Of a DNA stretch of 18,492 nucleotides, positions 17,141 through 18,492 are shown piece after piece. Both the position numbers and the translations under genes were made by a program. Numbering within the stretch: position 1 is the stretch's first letter; each line of letters opens with the position of its first letter. Below the pieces are notes generated by a model that saw only the letters and a program-made list of their open reading frames with translations, was not told the origin of the DNA and did no database searches. The DNA is from Candidatus Heimdallarchaeota archaeon (lineage in GTDB: Archaea; Asgardarchaeota; Heimdallarchaeia; Hodarchaeales; Hodarchaeaceae). The stretch lies in NCBI GenBank assembly GCA_020353515.1, contig CP070695.1, forward strand, positions 2,886,639 to 2,905,130. The letters are read 5' to 3'.

Positions 17141-18492
17141 TTAATTTTCTTCTGTAATTAGTTCAGTTGTCCCATAAATCTTTTCATATGATAACACGAT
17201 TGACGAGACTAATTGTCTCAATTTAAAGACTTTACTACGAATTTTGTTCTTGTCTGAATCCTCATTGTCCATAAGTTTGTGTATTGCGTGTATTTTCCCT
17301 TTAATCTCCTCTTTGAAAGATTCAACTAATGGGAATAATTCTTGATGAACTAAAATGTTACAAGTAAGATTCTCTTGGCCTCCTCTAGCAGTTGGCCGTT
17401 CTAACGCGTACCCAAAACTCAGTACACTAGTACGAAGACCTCGGGCTAATACAAAGTCATAACTAGAAGGGATCTCAGTATCAAAGTCATCACAAAAGCC
17501 AGTACCACTAAAAGATCGATCAGAAAGGTCCACCAGCTTTGAAAAGTTATCTTTCAAAATTTCTGGTATAACTATAATTGGGATAGGCCCGTGTCGTTGG
17601 TCGAAAAACGATACCACTACCCCAATTGTGTGAGAATCAAGTGATGCCATTACTTCAGCTTCAGAGATATCTGCAATTTTATCAAGGACTAATTCTTTGT
17701 CAAGACCAACCAATTCGGGTTTTCGAATGAATTTCACATATACAACAGAACCGAAGATTGCAACGAAAATAGTGATCCCAACAATAAGCAGGACAAATGT
17801 GGGTTCAATACCTGCTGATATATAATTAAAGCGGGTTTCACTGATGCGATCAGGATCATCTAGTATATCATAAGCAATACCACTATTTCCCGCGCTATCT
17901 GTGGTTACAATATAGTACAAAATATCTCTACTCGTACCATTATGATCAAAGGGAACAGTGACCTTATAAATCGGAACACCGTCCGTAGTGGTATTATGAT
18001 AAACCATACTTGCTTTTCGGTATAGTTCCGCCTCCTCTTGGCTAATAGATGATCCTAATCCTGCTAAAGACTGGGTAGTTTCGTTGGATGCCTCCCTAAA
18101 GTAGTAATAAATCGATACATCGGTAATGTCAGACCCATATTCAAGAATTCCAGTGTAAAAAGCAATTTCTGTGGGATTACTTGGATCATCAAGCTTGTAT
18201 CTCGTTAACTCCTTTTTCACTCGGGGGGGAGTTAAATCCTTTACTGTCAAGTTGAAGGTCACTTGTGAAATAATATCATATTGTCGCAAGTTTTCACTGG
18301 AATTGTATTCTACTGTGGCGATTGCTTTAACAACGATGACCACTGTTGTCTCAAGATATTTTTCGAGCTTTTCGATCGGAATTTGATAGTGTAAATTCCA
18401 GAGATTACCAATTGATGCTTTATCAAAGTAATCAGAGTCCGTTACATTATCATAGTATTTTATTGTGAATTCAACTTTGAAATCTTCCTCTG
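17141..18492 (-). CDS. Single-pass membrane protein: beta-rich ectodomain, TM helix, cytoplasmic folliculin/SMCR8-like longin (uDENN) domain; 5'-partial
   Basis: The frame stays open beyond GTG 18343 to the window edge (..EEDFKVEFTIKYYDNVTDSDYFDK..). Ectodomain has N-x-S/T sequons (NVT, NSS, NLT, NET, NTT, NGT) and VKDLTPP. TM FVLLIVGITIFVAIFGSVVYV (~17729-17797) is followed by KFIRK. Cytoplasmic part has VVVSFFDQRHGP and ERPTARGGQE. Confidence 0.8.
   Translation of the reverse strand, partial: EEDFKVEFTIKYYDNVTDSDYFDKASIGNLWNLHYQIPIEKLEKYLETTVVIVVKAIATVEYNSSENLRQYDIISQVTFNLTVKDLTPPRVKKELTRYKLDDPSNPTEIAFYTGILEYGSDITDVSIYYYFREASNETTQSLAGLGSSISQEEAELYRKASMVYHNTTTDGVPIYKVTVPFDHNGTSRDILYYIVTTDSAGNSGIAYDILDDPDRISETRFNYISAGIEPTFVLLIVGITIFVAIFGSVVYVKFIRKPELVGLDKELVLDKIADISEAEVMASLDSHTIGVVVSFFDQRHGPIPIIVIPEILKDNFSKLVDLSDRSFSGTGFCDDFDTEIPSSYDFVLARGLRTSVLSFGYALERPTARGGQENLTCNILVHQELFPLVESFKEEIKGKIHAIHKLMDNEDSDKNKIRSKVFKLRQLVSSIVLSYEKIYGTTELITEEN

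Noticed and set aside
10139-18386. ORFs 10139..10324, 13641..13979, 15882..16121, 16655..16876 and 18171..18386 as independent genes
   Set aside because: Short shadow or alternative-frame ORFs overlapping longer CDSs, with no recognisable motifs.
1-18492. Eukaryotic origin; CRISPR, tRNA/rRNA, IS or prophage
   Set aside because: No introns, dense operon-like packing, SD motifs and GTG/TTG starts indicate a prokaryote. No repeat-spacer array, structured RNA gene, transposase or integrase was recognised.

Overview
Gene-dense, AT-rich, intron-free prokaryotic DNA with archaeal-type SD motifs (AGGTGA, AGGAGG) and many eukaryotic-signature proteins. The source is most likely an Asgard archaeon; Heimdallarchaeia/Hodarchaeales is a guess from gene content. 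Left end: a sulfation pair made of a 3'-truncated membrane-anchored SCP2-like + arylsulfotransferase fusion (missing from the ORF track) and a PAPS-dependent sulfotransferase, followed by a divergent Hsp90/HtpG. The remaining ~13.5 kb looks like a signalling/cytoskeleton cluster. It holds two tandem paralogs (longin/uDENN-like + possible gelsolin-like + winged helix) and two divergent Rag/Gtr-family GTPases, one RagA-like with a roadblock domain and one with a long, partly duplicated C-terminus. It also holds a probable operon of a degenerate longin protein, a 1140-aa helical-repeat rod and a tubulin-superfamily protein whose C-terminus resembles tubulin helices H11-H12. The window ends in a 5'-truncated single-pass membrane protein whose cytoplasmic domain resembles folliculin/SMCR8, including the ARG arginine-finger motif. 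All domain calls are from motif recognition by eye; no searches were run. No rRNA, tRNA, CRISPR array or mobile element was recognised.
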